DNA of 64,000 nucleotides from Sphyrna mokarran (taxonomy: Eukaryota). This document shows, one piece after another, positions 27,933 to 41,110 of the stretch. Made by a program: the position numbers and the translations under genes. Under the pieces are notes generated by a model. That model was not told where the DNA came from, did no database searches, and was given only the letters and a program-made list of their open reading frames with translations. Every line of letters begins with the position of its first letter. The first letter of the stretch is position 1. The DNA lies in NCBI GenBank assembly GCA_024679065.1, contig JAGIQG010000006.1, forward strand, positions 78,058,001 through 78,122,000, written 5' to 3'.

Positions 27933-28739
27933 CTGAACAGAAGCACAGAGAGATGGGGGATGGGAAAAAAATAAACATTATCAGGAAGACAACTCAGTTT
28001 ACAAAGTCATAAATAAAAGGCTCAAGATCTCTGAGCTACTTCTTTCACCCTCTAAAAAGCATAACTTTTATTAAGCTGGAATGCTATTTAAATGAATAAA
28101 CTTGTAAATAAATATGCAATATACCTATCCATAGTTAATCTTAGAAGTAATACAAAGAACATGAGTAGTTTTGCTTTGAAGGAGTTAGTGCATTATGTTC
28201 TGTATTGTACAAAATTGAATACCACTTAAAACCAGGTTGGAAATCTTCTTTGGAGATGAGAATTTATTTTTATTTTTCACTGCTTACCTCCTTCATGATC
28301 TGTTTACAAAGAGGCAGTTCCTATCAATGCTAGGCTTATTATGGTACATGGGTAAAAAAAGGATTGAATTCAAGCCAGGACAAAGTGAAAAATACCACTC
28401 TCCTATCACTCCAAAACAAAACATCTCGGACAACTACCCTTTCAGTTTAATAAAATGTCTTCTAAATAATAGCTAACTGGCTTGATATAACTCATTGTAT
28501 GGTTTAAGCCGGACCAAAAAACTGGTCCATACTATGATAAATAAACTTATCTAGATTATATATTTACTTAAAAACACATTTAAATATAGCTATTTATGCA
28601 CTTTCATAATGGATTCTCCTGTCAATTTGACAGATGTGAGTTCAGCAAAAACAATTCAGTTTACAATCTAGATTGAAATTTGTTCATGTGTTACATTAGG
28701 CCAATGATTGCTTTAGGTAACTTCTTGTACATGAAATCA

Positions 28740-29275
28740 TTTTGGAATGCTGGATGGAAGTATTGACTTTGTGTCTCGTTCACTTGTCCTTACACTTGAT
28801 TCTGCTTTCCTCAAATGTTGAGATCTTTTAAGGACTTTGCTATTTCTCTCCAAGAGTGTTTTTTTCTTCCCACGTATTGGGATCCAGCTTGCAAGCTCTG
28901 AGTTTGGTTTCAAGAATGTCTTTATACCTAAGCTTGGGACATACTGTTCTATGATTTCCCATGCTCGGCTGGCCGTACAGTACTGCCTTTGGTATGTGGG
29001 AATTCTCCAAGTCAACCACATAACCAACTCAACGAACTGAACACTGATGAACAGCACTGCGCAAGGACCAAGGTGCTGGGACTTTGTCCTGCCATGTGAT
29101 GGTGCAAATAGATCTCGGACCCCAGCAACATCTACCCAATCCATAACAAACTCCAATGGAGGATTAAAATCAGATCTGTAAATGTAGCCATGACCAGAAG
29201 ATCCTTGCTAAGGTTTCAATATTGTGTATTTCTGTTTTCTGATTGTTGCATACTGCAAATGAAACTCTATAACTT
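28740..29275 (-). mobile_element. RTE-clade LINE C-terminal fragment
   Basis: broken frames read ITWQDKVP, IPKAVLYGQ and PKLRYKDILETKLRACKLDPNTWEE, typical of the RTE ORF C-terminus. Confidence 0.75.
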
Positions 29276-29308
29276 GAGTTGTGCAAATTGATTACAGTGG
29301 TTGGTTAC

Positions 29309-29430
29309 CTGTGTAGTTTTCCACTGCTGTTCTTTGTGGTGCCTCCTAAAATTAGCTCCTCTTGCCAATGCATGTACTTTTTGGACAGGCCCTGGCAACC
29401 ACCACTTAACACACGAGCAACATCAAGAGG
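29309..29430 (-). CDS. PTCH1: PTCH1 exon 7 ([30 protein letters not shown]...)
   Basis: acceptor ttgcag|CCT; donor AG|GTAACC; 122 nt. Confidence 0.95.
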
Positions 29431-29666
29431 CTGCAAATACAGGAAAGCATCATTAGATAATTGGATACCATAGAATTATAAACAGTAACAAGAGGGTTCA
29501 TTGTTTCCCACATTTTTCAATTTAAATTCAGATAGGCTTTTAATTAACACTTAAAAAAATGATTATTATGGCAAATTGTCTACATCAATGCTTCACAATG
29601 AAAGTTCAGTAATAATTACCATGATATGAACTCAATTTAGATAGAAGGTCTACATTTGTTACTTAC

Positions 29667-29865
29667 TGTTGTTGAGTTTTTATTAGGGGCAGTATGTGGG
29701 CATTCTGGATCTGCAGGGTTCAGGCATGGCCGATCCATATAACCATGTCCAACTCCAGCCTTGTTCAGCATCTCCTCCCAACCATCCACCTCAGACTTTA
29801 GGTTCTTCAACTCCTCCAGGAATTCTAACGGGTCAAGATTCGTCCATTGCAACTGCAGTTTACCT
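29667..29865 (-). CDS. PTCH1: PTCH1 exon 6 ([12 protein letters not shown]...PNKNSTT)
   Basis: acceptor gacag|A; donor ACA|GTAAGT; 199 nt. Confidence 0.95.
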
Positions 29866-32244
29866 CTGTCAAGAAACAGATAAATTCATTAATTAAAAAA
29901 TAACATCTAAAAGTGTTTACTGCAGTTGGGAGTTGCATTAGGAGTTTAGTTACATTATGAACTAACTGATTGCTGCCAGGATTGCCATCCCTATTAAATA
30001 TGGCTGCCATAAAACTCACCACATAAAATCTCTTAATTTAGTTAAATCCTGCAAAATAAAATCAGCATTTTAATTTTGTATTAAAATTCATCCAGTGCAC
30101 AATCGGTCAAAGTAAACTTTCTGGGAGGTTCAGTGATGTTGAGGGTTTGCATGCTAATAGTCAAGTTGTATGGAGTCTGGTGCCATTGCATTTATAATTT
30201 GCATTGAGTGGGAGGCTGAAAGGATTCCTAGTAGGAAGAATAGCAATTTAGAGAGGACATACCTAGGTGATCTCTAGCACCTCCTGGTGGCTACCAACAG
30301 CACTGGAGAGCTGGAAGCTCACCCTACTCTAGTACCAGTCTGAATAGACAAAAATAGGCAAAAAGAATAAAGTCCAAAGATCAAAAAAGCTCACAAAAAT
30401 AAAGGATTTTGAGTGTGAGGCTAAAAAAATGCTTATACATACATAGACATTGAAGCAAAAAAAACACACACTGTCATATTGTCTAAGTTTCTCAAACTGA
30501 AAGTGAATGAACAGCAAAAATGTTGATTGCTTTCCATTTCCAATATATTGAATACTTCTTTTTCCCTGGATAGTTAGTTGTTTCTGTTTAATCTAAAGAA
30601 ATATAAACATTTCAACAGATATGCTCTTCCAATTTCTGCCTGTTACTTTGATTGATACTGCGAGATGAATTAGTATTTAATATGAAAGTGTTGACAACCT
30701 ATGCCTACTGAGACTTTTCCACTGTGAAAATATGATGTCACATTTGCACATTAACAGGATAAGAAACTAGCATCTGGCAGCATCAAAAGATTGTGACATA
30801 ATGTCTGATTACAGTCCTCCTGTATTATAATAACTGTTTTTCTACTTGAATCAATCATAGTACCTGACCTTTATTACCACTAATGATACCTTACTTCTTT
30901 ATGCTCTTTGACAACCTGGCAATCGACCAACATCCTCCCCCCCACCACCCCCCACCTTTGAATTTCTTCCTGATGCTGACAGACTGGAGAGGCTTTTGGC
31001 TGGGTTATTTTGTGGTTCAAACCACATTGTATCTGCTTAACCAGGCTTGAGTCATTATTTCAACTCTCCCAACCAGAAAACACAAAACCCTTATTTACAA
31101 TTCCATTTTTACATTATCTATTCCTTGTGCTTGCCCACACTGCCAACAAACTCCAAAATCTTAGGGAATAAAAAAGCTTATAATTCTTGTTAGGATCATT
31201 TTCCTATAAATTTACATTATATTCCATGTCTAAATATGAAATGTAAGTAACTACATAAGTAGTTGCATGTGAAAAAATATGTTTTCACTACTCTCTGTTA
31301 ATTAATGTCAGCAGGCAAAAATCTCCATTGATAGATGTGAATGGGCAGTGGAACAGAGATTGATGGCACCAAATGTTTGCTGTGTGAACTGGGTAAAAAG
31401 ATTGAGGGGTAAAATATATTGGCGTTTGGTTTTAGGTATGACTGTGGCCAAAACGAGTGACTAGAACCAGGTGGTTTGAGTCTGGCATGAAATTGTACCT
31501 CGAGTCTCATTACTATTGAAAGAGTAAGCTGCTGGCTCCTGTCGCAACTCCACAGGCAGCTTACCCATTTGAAAAATGAATATCGGGTCACTTGCTTCGC
31601 TGGAAGTGGCCTAGGAAGTGGGGTTGGGGGAAGGGGTTGGAGTAAATGTGGAACAGCAATCAGACACTGCAGATTTAGGGGAGCACTTCTGTTCTCCCTG
31701 GGTCAAACAATGGCCACTGAAGAATCTAGAGGAGAGCTGCTCTACTCTACGCAACCGATTTCTGCACAAAATAACTCAGTAAACCTGTAAATGTAAGGCG
31801 TCTGTTATAGGTGACTGGCAGGGACACAAAAATTGTCCCAACACAAATTTTGGGTTGCATGTTTTTTAGGGGTATTTGTACACAGTTTGATCCCAAATCA
31901 GTTTATGCATCAAGATGCAATTTTAGCCCATGCCCATTTCTAAAGCATTTAATACAGGAGAGTATAGTGAAATCAATATTAATAATATTCTACAGACAGA
32001 CATTTTTAAACCAGCACAACCTCAAAGTTTCAATATTCTTGATCCTTAGGTCAGAGAATGAACAAATTAAAATCCTGAATCAACGTATAGGCAATGCTTT
32101 ACCTTGCAGTTAGCTTTTTTTAAAATAACTCACTTATTTAATAAAATGGTATACACAAGAAAAATCACAAGTAATTTCTAAGAATCTAAATCTATAAATT
32201 TTAATTGATGGAACTTAATCTAGAGGTAACTAAGATTTACTTAC

Positions 32245-32336
32245 GGTAAGTAGACTGTTCCCAACTGTAATTTAGCACCTTCCCAGAAACAATCCAAGGG
32301 TGTAATTATTACACAAGGATACAATTTTTCAATAAG
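32245..32336 (-). CDS. PTCH1: PTCH1 exon 5 ([30 protein letters not shown])
   Basis: acceptor taccag|CTT; donor CC|GTAAGT; 92 nt; [10 protein letters not shown] motif. Confidence 0.95.
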
Positions 32337-32490
32337 CTGGTAAAAATATAGAAGTATCATATTTAGCTCACTAAGTATAGCTAGCGTATATATAAAAAAA
32401 CAAATTAAAAGATGAAACATTATTTTGTTTAATGGAATATGTTTTGATTTTTTAAAGTTCCTTTTATTTAAAGGAGGAACTCAAACTCAC

Positions 32491-32560
32491 CCGAGCCATC
32501 CAACCAGTTTCTGTTACAAGTGCTCCTGATTTATAACATAAGTTGTCTAAGGTCCACCGT
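32491..32560 (-). CDS. PTCH1: PTCH1 exon 4 (RWTLDNLCYKSGALVTETGWMAR)
   Basis: acceptor atttag|A; donor CGG|GTGAGT; 70 nt; read manually, absent from the ORF track. Confidence 0.94.
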
Positions 32561-32832
32561 CTAAATGATAAAAAGAACAAAAAAAAACAAAGAAATTCTT
32601 AGTTAAAAAAAAATACACATCAGCAAGATAAACATGAAAAATCATGAAGATTAGACTGCACCTCAACAAGAAGATTGGACCAAACTTAACTGGTCTGGAA
32701 TAGTGACTATATGGTACATCGGCCCACATTAAAGGCTCAAGTCGCCATAAAGAACAAACATTTAATTTGATTTTGAAAACTGTTGCACACGATTTAGGAA
32801 ATAAGAGATGTGGTTGAATCAATGTTACTCAC

Positions 32833-33022
32833 TTGTTGTACAAATAAACTTGAACTCTGCTAGCATTAAATGCAGAGTTAAGGTGCTGCTGCAGCGCTTC
32901 AACTGTTAGAACATTAGCACCTTCCTCAGGAGATGTTTGAATCATGATCTGAGGATTGAACATGGCTTCCTCCCCTATCTTCTGTCGTGTGTATGATAAT
33001 TCTTGACTCACTCTGCCACCAA
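32833..33022 (-). CDS. PTCH1: PTCH1 exon 3 (VGGRVSQEL...YLYNK); contains the internal MFNPQ ATG at 32961-32963 used by short isoforms
   Basis: acceptor cctcag|TT; donor AA|GTGAGT; 190 nt. Confidence 0.96.
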
Positions 33023-33147
33023 CTGAGGGGAAAAAAAAAGGGGTCTTTTCAGTTATTGCGACCAAGATTTGTTGTTAATGATATTGGTATTATGTAAAAT
33101 CTTTCTACAAATTACTGCTTTCTTAATGAATCCCCAAATATTTAATT

Positions 33148-33613
33148 TAAGAACTAGAAGCAGGAGCAGGCCATCTGTCCCCTCGTGCCTGTTCCATCAT
33201 TCAACAAGAACATGGCTGTTCTTTTTGTGGACTCAACTCTACTTACCCAACCATTCACCATAACCCTTAATTCTTTTACTGTTCAAAAATCTATCTTTGC
33301 CTTAAAAATATTCAATGAGTAGCCTCAGCTGCTTTACAGGCAGGGAATTCCACAGATTCACAACCCTTTGAGTAAAGAAGGTCCTCCTCAACTCAGTCCT
33401 AAATCTGCTCTCCCTTATTTTGAGGCCCTGCCCCCTAGTTCTAGTTTCATCTGCCAGTGGAAACAACTGCCCTGCTTCTATCTTATCTATTCCATTCACA
33501 ATTTTATATGTTTCTATAAAATTGAATTCCAATGGGTATAGTCCCAAGTCTACTCAGTCTCTCTTTATAAGCCAACCCTCTCACATCCAGAATCAACCTA
33601 GTGAATCCCCTCT
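33148..33613 (-). mobile_element. CR1 (HER1-like) LINE 3' end
   Basis: IETYKIVNGIDKI...TRTRGQGLKIR...FFTQRVVNLWNSLP plus CR1-type 3' UTR. Confidence 0.88.
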
Positions 33614-34740
33614 TTAGTTGCAGAATGTAAAAGTTTTTACACTCTTCCATATGTCCTCCACAAGGCATAATTTCTGATATTAACCATGATCTAGCTTCAT
33701 GTGGCACTGACTTCTAATAGTAAAGCCAAGCAATGAAAAAAATTTGCATATATAAAATTAAAAGGCTGGTTGATTGTAGGAGTAATTTGCAACATTGCTC
33801 AGTGATTCGGTATTGGGTTCAGATTGGCACATTTTCATGGGTGAGCCGCTTCTTATATGAATAATGATAAAACAAACTCAGAACACAGCAAAAGTAATTT
33901 CTCCACTAGAATCACTAAACATAAAACGTGTAGTACATTGTTGCCATTTCTAATCATCACCCACTTCTGAAACGATTCATGCAGTAAAAATAAAGAAACA
34001 GGATTATGAAAGTCACACAATCATATGCAAAACACGGGTACAAACTTCTTCAACTCCAGTTTGCACATTTCACTAAACAATAAGGTTACAGTTTTGTGGC
34101 TTCCTTCAATGCATTTTTTTTGATGTATACTACAAATATTTCACCATAAAACTCTAAAAATTGCTAGATAGATTTTTATTTTAATTATCTGGGAATTAAG
34201 CACTGCCAGGGATGGTCACAGAATAAACTCAAATGAGGAAGATTGCATGCCAGCAACATAGCCTAGTTTTCCTTTTGTTTAAATTGATGGAAAAAAAATA
34301 GGTTCTATACCAGGCATGCAATCCTTCCCAACCAATTTTCTACTCTGCTACAATCTGACAAAGTTTAATGCTGAGGCAGCAAATACAAAAACCTAACATT
34401 ATGTTGTTTGATACCTCACAAATTGATTACAGCATTTTTGTTAACAAAGAAACATAATAAAATATCATTTCTTTATGTTTCTCAAGAACGTAATCCTGGT
34501 TGGAGTCCTCACAGTCCATTCAGCACCAATATGCCAGACTGTTTATTGCCCTAAAAGAACAAGCTGACAGAATACACCATTGTCAATTTATTTTAAGGTT
34601 TGAAGATTATCCACTCTGCTAAGTGCATTTCTACTATGCCACAATTGCTTATGGAGAGATTTCGAGATATTGCATTTTCCATTGTGTTTTAAGTGACTAC
34701 ACTTTTATTTGTATTACTCTATATAATAAGTACTGGGCAG

Positions 34741-34970
34741 CAAGTACAAGGGAGATGTTAGGGGTAAGTTTTCACTCAGAGGGTGGTGAGTGAATGGAAT
34801 CGGCCGCCGTCAGTGGTGATGGAGGCAGGCTCGCTGGGGTCTTTTAAAAGACTTCTGGATGAGTACATGGGATTAAATGGGATTGGAAGTTATAGCCTCG
34901 TAGGTGTAGGCATGATTGGTGCAACTTGCGGGCTGAAGGACCTGTTTGTGCTGTAGTGTTCTACGTTCTA
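34741..34970 (+). mobile_element. CR1-like LINE 3' end
   Basis: actcagagggtggtgagtgaatggaat ... ctgtagtgttctacgttcta tail. Confidence 0.75.
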
Positions 34971-36878
34971 TATACATATAATACATGCAATATATACCTT
35001 ATACATGTGTTGACAAGAAATTTCTTGCCCACAGCTTCAATACAATCTTCAATGTGGATCTGAAATTCATCAGGACTTGATGCGTAGCATTTTGCATATA
35101 CTCTAGAATATTAATTTATCTTATTAAAAATATTTCATAAGCATGCAATTTCTATCCAATTCTTGTCAGAATTTTAAAGTCAACATTTAAAGTTGAAACT
35201 GTGGATATAAATATTTATAATGTTAATTTACAATTTAGCCACTTGCCTGTCAGTTTGTTGATGAACCAATCAAGATGTTTATCAAAAATGTTATGTTTGT
35301 CATTTTTTCTTAGTAACTGAAATTTATAATTTCCAAAACAAATTTTAAACAAAATACTTTAAGACATATCTCACAATAATATGATACAAAATCAATGATA
35401 AATGTATCTTGATGTCTTTTTTGAAAATTTCAAGGTCTCAGCACATCTTAAAAACTTAAACTTGAACTTGAATCCTCTAGTTTAGAAAATGTTGCACAGA
35501 ACTTCAAACCACAATTGTGCATTCTGAGCACGTACAGTTTGCAGAATTTCCCATCATGCATTTGATACAGAAAAGCAAATCCCTTTATCATTTGAAGATT
35601 TGTGGAATCCTTGATTTTCCAAAAGGTCTTTAAAAAAATCAAACTAGAGAGTGAATGTCAATTATTTATTTTGGGTAGATTTAATTTAAGGTGAAAACAA
35701 CTTTTCTATTACTAAGTACACAGTTAGTTGAGAATTGTGTTCAGCAGCAGTTATGAAGAATGGATTTCCACTGAGAATGAATTTATTTTCCTTCCCAATA
35801 GTCATTAATCTCAGGATCTTATTGCAATGATCCCAAATCCTGAGATCTGTTGCAAAGATCTTAGAACCACTCCAACCATATTAATGTCTCAAAACCATGG
35901 GATCATCTCTCTCGGTTCTTTGAGACCCTGAAATTGTGCCTAAATAGTCATGGATTTTGAGACCCCACAACATTAATGTCGAAATACCAGGTTTCTCCCA
36001 ATCCTATTTAATCAGTACTCATGATAATACTGCTTGAAATAACATAGCTACTCATAAAACCTCCAACTAAGCGTCAGCAACGCCATGATGGATGTGCTAA
36101 AGTAATTGTTACATTCCTCCACCATGTCATATTATTTGTATAGTCCACATTCAGTTCAACATAGCTTTTAGGAGTTCCTTTAGTTGCTCAGTTCCCGATT
36201 CAAAATCTAAATTTGCACTTATTTGTAAGCACCTTATTTGCTACTGAGAACTTGAAAACAGCAGCAAAATATAAGATTGTACATCCCAGGCTTAATGGAA
36301 GCCACTCCTTTGGAAGTAAAGATTCTTAAAATTATTACATTTCATACTGTTTTCTGAAAACAACTGCATGTTAAAATTGGAAATTAAGATCGTTATACCT
36401 TATAACAAAAACATTTATAAAATGCATTCTGTAGGACAGAAACAAACCATCTGCACTAAATAACACCATCTGCACTAAATAAGACTTTCTCAGCACGAGT
36501 AGAGAGAGATCTTTGAAAACAAACAAGAAAGAGAATGAAAAATAACAGAAAGGTACAAAAACTGACAAATGAGAATACCAAATGTTCATGTTTTGCAAAA
36601 CAGGTGTAATGGGATTAAAAGATTAACTCTATGTCCAGAAATAATGTTAATCATAGAGTAATTCACTCCTAGACCCAGTATGAATAGAGCTAATTATGTT
36701 TTGTTTTAACTTTAAATTAGTTGTGTATTGCAAAGTACCAGAACAATATGGGATATTAAACAAGCTTTACTGCTGTATAAATTATATACAAATGACTATG
36801 AAATAGCTGATTTCAAATTCGCAATGTATAAACGGTATGAAAGTTACTGCTACACTTTAAATGGTAGTTAATTTATGT

Positions 36879-37099
36879 GCAGTCCAAAGATGTACGGGTT
36901 ACGTTGATTGGCCATGCTAAATTGACCCTAGTGTCAGGGAGATTAGCAGAATAAATGTGTGGGGTTGCGGGAATGGGGCCTGGGTGGGATTGTTGTCACT
37001 GCAGACCAACAACAATCCCACCCAGGCCCCATTCCTGCTTCCCTACACATTTAGTTTGCTAATGGGCCCAATGGCCTCCTTCTGCACTGTAGGGATTCA
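36879..37099 (+). mobile_element. HE1/V-SINE 3' half with internal inverted duplication
   Basis: cagtccaaagatgt...attggccatgctaaattg...ctgcactgtagggattc; arms 36942-36996 and 37009-37063. Confidence 0.8.
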
Positions 37100-39025
37100 A
37101 CGATTTTAGTTGAAATATTCCCACAGCCTGCACATGGTTCATATGTACCTGTAGCCTGAATAAACATTGCCAAAGAATGCAATGGGTCAAATTAACTTAT
37201 TAAAAAATGTCATTTAAAATGTTCTTCTGTATCTCATCAAATTCTCTGAGAACAATGTTACCATTATTGTCCTAGACTAAAGAACCATGATTTTGGCAGT
37301 GAAACCAGCCTTCCCTCAACCTTTCACAAGAACAAATGGGCTACTTACAATATGTGTATTGATAATTACTTTCAATTTATATTCTGCAGTACTTGTGCAA
37401 TTTTGTGCAACAAAATTGATTTGTCCCTCTTTCAAGTAGATAAACAGTAATATGTTATGCAATTTCTGAAGTTATTTGAATATTTTTCTACCCAAATACA
37501 GCACTTGCATCTAATATAGAATTTACTATTTAACTAGCAAAACTTCACCTTTTTTTGGTCATAAATATCTATGTAAATCCTTTACCAAGGACACTTTTAC
37601 TTATGGTCCACCTGGTAAACTATTATAGGAAATATCTCAGGTTATCCTCAAAACAAGTGAGGTTTAAGTTTATTAATGTCACAAATACATTTACATTAAC
37701 ACTGCCATTAAGTTTTTGTGAAAATTCCCTAGTCACCACACTTCAGTGTTTATTTGGGTACACTGGAAGTAAAGATACTCAACACTCACTATAATAAATT
37801 ATTTTATTTCACTTCAAATTTAAATTACTGTAGGGGCCTGGAAAGTAATTTTGTGCCTATATGCTATCATTTCCTATCATGAAATTATGTCCCGGTTCTC
37901 ATTAATCATTATACTGTGGAACTTATACTGCATGAATTTTCTACTCTCAAACATAAGCTTTTGCAAAAGTAAAGCAATCCGCAGTGTTTGAAATGAGCCC
38001 AAAATAGTCCACTTATACAGTTCATTAACACAATCACTAGCACAGAGATTCTATTACTCCAGCAATGAGACCGTCTGCATCAGTGCTTAGCATCAGTACA
38101 GCTGTAACATTTTCCAGCACTATCACCCTAATCAAAAAGCTGAAACAGTAAAGACCCTGACATCCATACAGATAATGTATTACTTAATAAGATTTGTTAA
38201 ATCCCCACCAGGGTCAAGACAAAAAAAAAAGAATTTCACCAACTGCAGAGTTAGTCTTTCATTCAATAGCAAAGGGACTCTATTAGGAATTCTTGCCTGA
38301 GATGATATTTCCTTTTGGGATCAGTGGAATTTAACATTAATTTGCATCAAAGACAAACCCTGACCAGGACAAACAAGACATTCTTCATCTCTTCTCAAAC
38401 TGGCCAATTGTTTACTATCAACACTAGTTATTATTTCCCAAACAAGCTCCTGTCAAATTCCATTAAAGATTTTAAGGGCATGGTTTGTTGATCTATGTTA
38501 TATGACATTACTCAACACTTAAAAAGGAAAACTCTAAATCCAGTCATCAATAGTTCCATTTGAATTTACTATAAATACAAAATTAGTATTTGACTTCTAG
38601 TGTGCAGGTCCATCTGATTTCCCACTGCAGAACTTCAGTGATTACTGACAGTTCATAGTCTTTTTAGTTTTATGAAACACTGATTTTCAGGTTATTACCT
38701 TAAATTCAGGATAGACATTCAGATCACTAGTACAGATTTTGTAATATTCAATATATAAAACTTGCTTCTCTTGCTATCAAATGGCATCTGATTTTAGTTA
38801 GGCCAAAACAACAAAAATGTTATGGTAGCCAATACAAACTTGCGGTCATTGAAAAGTTGATAGTGTCAATAAAACATTAAAAGGAGGAAACAGCAAGTAT
38901 ACAATATAATTTACAGATTATATCTTCTGATCTGGAGAAGAAAATATTCTCATCTCTTGTACTCCATGTGTTATTTCCTTCTATCTCTGGGATGCAGCAA
39001 AAATAATTGTGGGAACCTAGCAGAA

Positions 39026-40495
39026 TTTATGGCTACAGTAGAAAGGAATGACTTGAAGGGCAAATGGAAGGGAGGTGGGGGTGGAGCAGCAAAGCTGTGA
39101 TAAACTACCTTCATAATGTGTTAGAAACACCCTGACCAACTGGATCAATGTAAAAGTAGTGTTTGATTTCAGATGATAATTCGGACTCTTGATTATTTCA
39201 ATAGGATGGTAAATAATTTGCTTTTATCATTACAGCGTTCAGTTACAGTCACTTAGGTTTATTTTATATTGCGCAAGGTAAAGTTAGTTTTTATAAAAAT
39301 GTCCTCCATTCACCTGCTTAGATTCTTCTACAGATTTTGTAATAATCAATATACAACACTGTTGAATTGAGTTTTGTTGGTTTGATATGCGTAGATGTTG
39401 GCAGCAAAGAATAATTTCTGAAATGCATGGAAATGTTCAGGACACAGTGTAGAATAGAAAAATTGACCTATCCATGATGATAAATATAGGATCATTTCAA
39501 ATTCAATTTTCTTTTTCCTGAGGTAATTTAAGAAGTGTTTTCAATTGATGGAAACATTGCACTGAATGTGCAATGTCTTTAATGGTTCCATCACACACAT
39601 TTTGATTTACTTCCATTTGCTTAAATCAGGTGATTTTCTGACTCCACTGTGAAGTAATGAGTCAAAAGTCCACTGTCTTCAGTGGGACCAGAAGACCCCA
39701 CCTGCAGGCAGGGCCAGAAAATTCCAGCCTAAGTCACAATTTCTACATTCTTAGAAATGTAAAAACATTACTAAAAACATTTGACGCTATCTTAACGGAA
39801 TTTTGCAATCATCAATGGCAACTTATAGAAATTGGACAAACTTTTATGTTCCCTGATTATACACATTTTACTCAGCTACAAGAGGTTTTGAAACTTCCCA
39901 AAGCACTGAAGTTTGATTACTTCGGATGGTTCAATACAGGTTTAAGTGGAACTTCAACCCATATTAAAATGAACTGCAGTTTGTGCAGCAAAACATTCTG
40001 CCATGTTGTCTTTCTAGTTTCCTTACAAGATTATTTTATCATCATGGATAGGTCAATTTTTCTATTCTACACTGTGTCCTGAACATTTCCATGCATTTCA
40101 GAAATTATTCTTTGCTGCCAACATCTACGCATATCAAACCAACAAAACCCAATTCAACAGTGTTGTATATTGATTATTACAAAATCTGTAGAAGAATCTA
40201 AGCAGGTGAATGGAGGACATTTTTATAAAAACTAACTTTACCTTACGCAATATAAAATAAACCTAAGTGACTGTAACTGAACGCTGTAATGATAAAAGCA
40301 AATTATTTACCATCCTATTGAAATAATCAAGAGTCCGAATTATCATCTGAAATCAAATACTGTACTTTTACATTGATCCAGTTGGTCAGGGTGTTTCTAG
40401 CACATTATGAAGGTAGTTTATCACAGCTTTGCTGCTCCACCCCCACCTCCCTTCCATTTGCCCTTCAAGTCATTCCTTTCTACTGTAGCCATAAA
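39026..40495. repeat. long inverted repeat (arms 39026-39484 and 40035-40495, 550-bp spacer)
   Basis: arms are reverse complements; by eye about 4 substitutions and one 2-bp indel. Confidence 0.95.
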
Positions 40496-40499
40496 GTCC

Positions 40500-41110
40500 T
40501 ACTTCCCTCTAGATCATCCCCATTACATGCTATCCTCCCCAGATTCATCTTCTTTCTGGTTTATTGACAACATTCCCATTCCTTACCATTCAACATCCTG
40601 CCAACATCCACTGGCAGAGTAAATATGTCCCAGTTTTCGGACACCGCCCCTGCTGTTCTTAGAAAACTACCACCATTATTTCCTCCTTAAAAACACACTC
40701 TTGACTTTCTCTTCTCAAGAATTACCACACCACCTTGTCTCCCAGTTCTATGGTCATTTCTGCCACAACTCTGTTTGATCTATCTGGCATTCTGTCACTA
40801 CACTAGTGAATGCAATTCTCTATGATGTCAGCCATAAAGCAATATTCCTCCTTGGTTATGTGAAGTGACTGACCACATCATTCTCCTGTTCTTGTCTAGC
40901 TCTATGGAAAGGTTGCTGCTTGGTTCCAACTCATCTACCCAATTGTTACCAGACTATCAATGGCTTCCCTTCCCAGCCTCATGCTGTCACATTGGGAAAC
41001 CAGCAAGTATCAATTCTTAGGTCCTTCCTCTAATTCATCTATGTTCAGCTTTTCAATGACATTGAATGGAAGTTCAAGCTAAGCTTGCAGATTTATGATC
41101 ATGGCACACC
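40500..41110 (+). mobile_element. degenerate L2-like RT fragment
   Basis: decayed echoes of GVPQGSILGPLLF (caagtatcaattcttaggtccttcctc) and YADD (atttatgatcatggcac). Confidence 0.5.

Noticed and set aside
28737-29156. 139-aa ORF as a nested gene or piggyBac fragment
   Set aside because: Other frames on the same strand give RTE LINE motifs, so this ORF is an off-frame by-product
39657-40082. 141-aa ORF in the inverted-repeat spacer as a transposase or cargo gene
   Set aside because: No DDE or other motif; it starts in a MITE fragment and runs into the repeat arm; likely chance
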